NCBI RefSeq assembly: GCF_006345805.1
Contig: NC_043005.1
Span: 38,192,001-38,256,000, forward strand
Direction of reading: 5' to 3'
Origin: Octopus sinensis
Taxonomy: Eukaryota
Length of the DNA: 64,000 nt
Positions 60,995 through 64,000 of the stretch are shown here, piece after piece. The position numbers and the translations under genes are program-made. Each line of letters starts with the position of its first letter. The stretch's first letter is position 1. A model generated the notes under the pieces. That model did not search any database, was not told where the DNA came from, and saw only the letters and a list, made by a program, of their open reading frames with translations.

Positions 60995-63330
60995 CAATGG
61001 GCCAAAACGAAATGCTAATATAATGGTGAATGCTATTGATAATATTAAAAAAAAAAGGTGAACAATAACTTAAAGAATAAAATACAAGAATATAGATGAA
61101 AAAAAATCTGAAAAAACCCGAAGATTTATCATCAGAATTTTTTCTTTTTTTTTTTTGGTGGGGGGGTCTCAGTCAACTGTATTCATTGATTTTAATGGAT
61201 AAAAATTTTTGAATAAAATTCAAAGTGCACAATCCTTGCAATTTACAAGGGTATGTAATAAAGAATTGGTCAACCATTTATCTTGCATTTATTAGCACGA
61301 ATAACTGATTAAATTCAATAATTTGAGATGCTTCTTGAGGAAGCTGTAATTGTTCTGAAGCTTTATCAAATTCAAAGTCTTTCAAAGACATGAATGAAAG
61401 TGACTATGAAAACATAATTACAGCAAACGATTGTTGGTTTTATACATATACATATATATATACATATATACATACATATATATATATACATATATACATA
61501 CATATATATATATATACATACATATATATATATACATACATATACATATATACATACATATATACATACATATATACATACATATACATATATACATACA
61601 TATATACATACATATATACATATATATACATACATATATACATATATATACATATATACATACATATATACATATATATACATATGTACATATATATATA
61701 TGTACATGTGTGTGTGTATGTGTGTGTTTATTTAACTTTTACAAAGAAAAGGTTGAGATAAACTTTGAGGTTTTAGCATGATTGCCTTTATCAGACTCTA
61801 AGGAAGGCAGGCAAGCAAGCTGAAACTTTAGAGTCACTTTCATCTTTTTCTGGTAAAAGTTAAATACATATGTACTTTACTTAAAAGTATTGAATAATTC
61901 TTTAGTTTTATGTTAATGTACTCCATAACTTGACATAAAAGCAAATATTGATATATATATATATATAATAAGTAAAGGTAAGATCCAAGGATCAAGGCGT
62001 AGGAAAATAGTAAGCTTCAAGCAGTCTGTAGAAGGTATAAAAAAACAGCTTTCAGGAACAATAGTGGTTTATTGACATAGAAGGTTGTAAGTTTTTCCCA
62101 TATGGAAATTTGATAAGCTAAAAAGATTGCTTTAGAGCTTATGGTTCACAGCAGTGGTTTCTATACATGTGAATAGAAATCCAAAGTTAGGAAATGGATT
62201 AGTTAAAATCCAGGCTACATATATTTAATAGCTAGCAGAGCCTTGGAAGTAGAAATTATCCAAATGCGGGGTAATCTGCTAGCTACTCATCAGGCCAAAG
62301 ATACTTTAATCGAAAGAAGTTAACATTGTTGTCAAGGGACCCCATGTTGACTCACAAGGGATTCAATTGAAAATGCATGGAAAGATACAGACTGAGAAGA
62401 AAAGCATATTAATGAAGGAATGGGTGAATGAAAAGAAAGAGTAGCTATCAGGTTAACCCCTCATTTGGACAATTACTACTTCTGAGGTTCTGCTAGTTAC
62501 GAAAAATATATAAGCTGGATTTTATCTACTCTACTCCCCTAACTTTGTGTGTACATATGTATGTATGTGTGTGTATCACCAGTTAGTTGTCTATATGTCA
62601 TAAAAATAGAACACCTACTATGTATGTATATATATATATATATGATTGATTGATTGATTGATTCTAGTTTCAGCTCATGAGCTGTGGCCATGCTGGGGCA
62701 CCGCCATTAAGATATATATATATAGTCAAGCAATATATTTGAAGGGTTGTCAATATTGCCTTGGTGCAAAAGTCAATGAGAACTGATGATAGCATCTTGC
62801 CATAACAACTACAAATACACACATACACACACACACACATAATTAGGAGATAGTTGACATGTTGTAAAATTGCAAGAGGGAACAGCAAGTGATGATGCTG
62901 ATGCAGAAAATTTGTTCTTAGGAAAAAGAAATTAAAATTAATTGGAAAATATGGATGCATAGACACCTAAATTGTAAATGTAGCTGAAATACACCTATTT
63001 TTGAAATGTTTGTCAGCATGCAGCTGCATTATTAAAAATTTAATTATCAATGTCAGGTTGTTAAAGTAGTTAAGAATCAGTTAATGTCCTTGTTTTGAGG
63101 TAATGTGTCTGGGGACGCTAATTTAAGACCTGTACTTGTATAACTTGCCAAAACTCCAAAGCTACACTTTCAGTCATATAGAAGGCAAATAAGAAAAATG
63201 TTTATGCCATTGATACACTGAAGACAGTTTTTTTTGTTTTGTTCTTTACTTAGTAACACAAATATTGTGATTACAAAATTGTTTCGTACACTGCCTTTCA
63301 TATATAATTGCTTCTAACATTGACACAGCA
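60995..63330 (+). mobile_element. Fragmented Tigger/pogo transposase fossil, interrupted by later insertions
   Basis: About 61000: GPKRNANIMVNAIDNIKKKR*TIT (N-terminus); about 62855: HVVKLQEGTASDDADAENLF; about 62970: IVNVAEIHLFLK (cf. IFNVDETGLFWK); about 63070: VKNQLMSLF*GNVSGDANLRPVLV (cf. KDRLT.LLGGNASGD.KLKP.LV). Confidence 0.65.
61430..61725. repeat. Long (TA)n/(CATATA)n/(TACA)n microsatellite
   Basis: Directly visible. Confidence 0.95.
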
Positions 63331-64000
63331 GCAGAAAGTTTTGAACAGAGTGATGGAGCACTAGATAAATTACCTGATTCCAGTACTTTATTATTACTTT
63401 ATCATGTCTAGTGAAATGAAAGGCAATATTGACTGTCGTAGGATTTGAACTCAATAAGTAAAGAGCCAGAACAGAAAATGTAGTGCATTTACATCTGCTC
63501 TTTAATGTTTCTGCATCTCATTGCTCTTATCACATCCTCGTCACTATGCAAACGTTATATTAATATCTGTGTTGCCGAATACATCACTTTTGCAAAGAAT
63601 GATCCAAGGCATTATTGAAGCATTTTTGGAACTTATTAACAACTGGGTGCTCCTATGTTGAAATCAATGAGAGAGAGAGAGTGAGAGAGAGAGAGTGAGA
63701 GAGAGAGAGTGAGAGAGAGAGAGTGAGAGAGAGAGAGACAATCCCTCATAAAGTAGAAATATAATGCAATGTTACATGAGCATTAGATATAGAGGATTTA
63801 GAGTGATGTGAGGCAAATATGCTGGATATATTGTCTAAATGGTGCACAACATGAACTTGAAACTAGCCATCGAGAAAAATGGTTTAGAATACAAACAACA
63901 AAAAAAAAAACAATAAAAATTCACTGGTTAAAGCATATAGAAGAAATAACTAGTTATAGCCAAATTATAAATAATTGAAGAACTGGTGAAGAATTTTTGA

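Overview
AT-rich, repeat-dense animal genomic DNA. The SINE/LINE repertoire and heavy (TA)n/(CA)n/(CAT)n/(TAA)n load resemble an Octopus (coleoid cephalopod) genome; this is inferred from remembered repeat families, not from a database hit. No long, recognisable host ORF is present, and most ORFs in the supplied track are microsatellite artefacts. Well supported content: many copies of several tRNA-derived SINE families; RTE-clade LINE fragments; at least six R4/Dong-clade (restriction-like endonuclease) retrotransposon fragments, three stacked in tandem behind a (TAA)n tract; a fragmented Tigger/pogo transposase fossil; piggyBac-, hAT- and mariner-type MITEs; and a Penelope-type relic with a decayed hammerhead ribozyme core. 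The most interesting inference is that the window is mostly intronic sequence of one large plus-strand gene carrying a chain of microexons. These include two paralogous 14-nt microexons (2530-2543 and 6107-6120) that look mutually exclusive, and a 32-nt exon that would switch the downstream exons between two open reading frames. I could not identify the gene. All exon calls rest on splice-site reading by eye and need RNA-seq.
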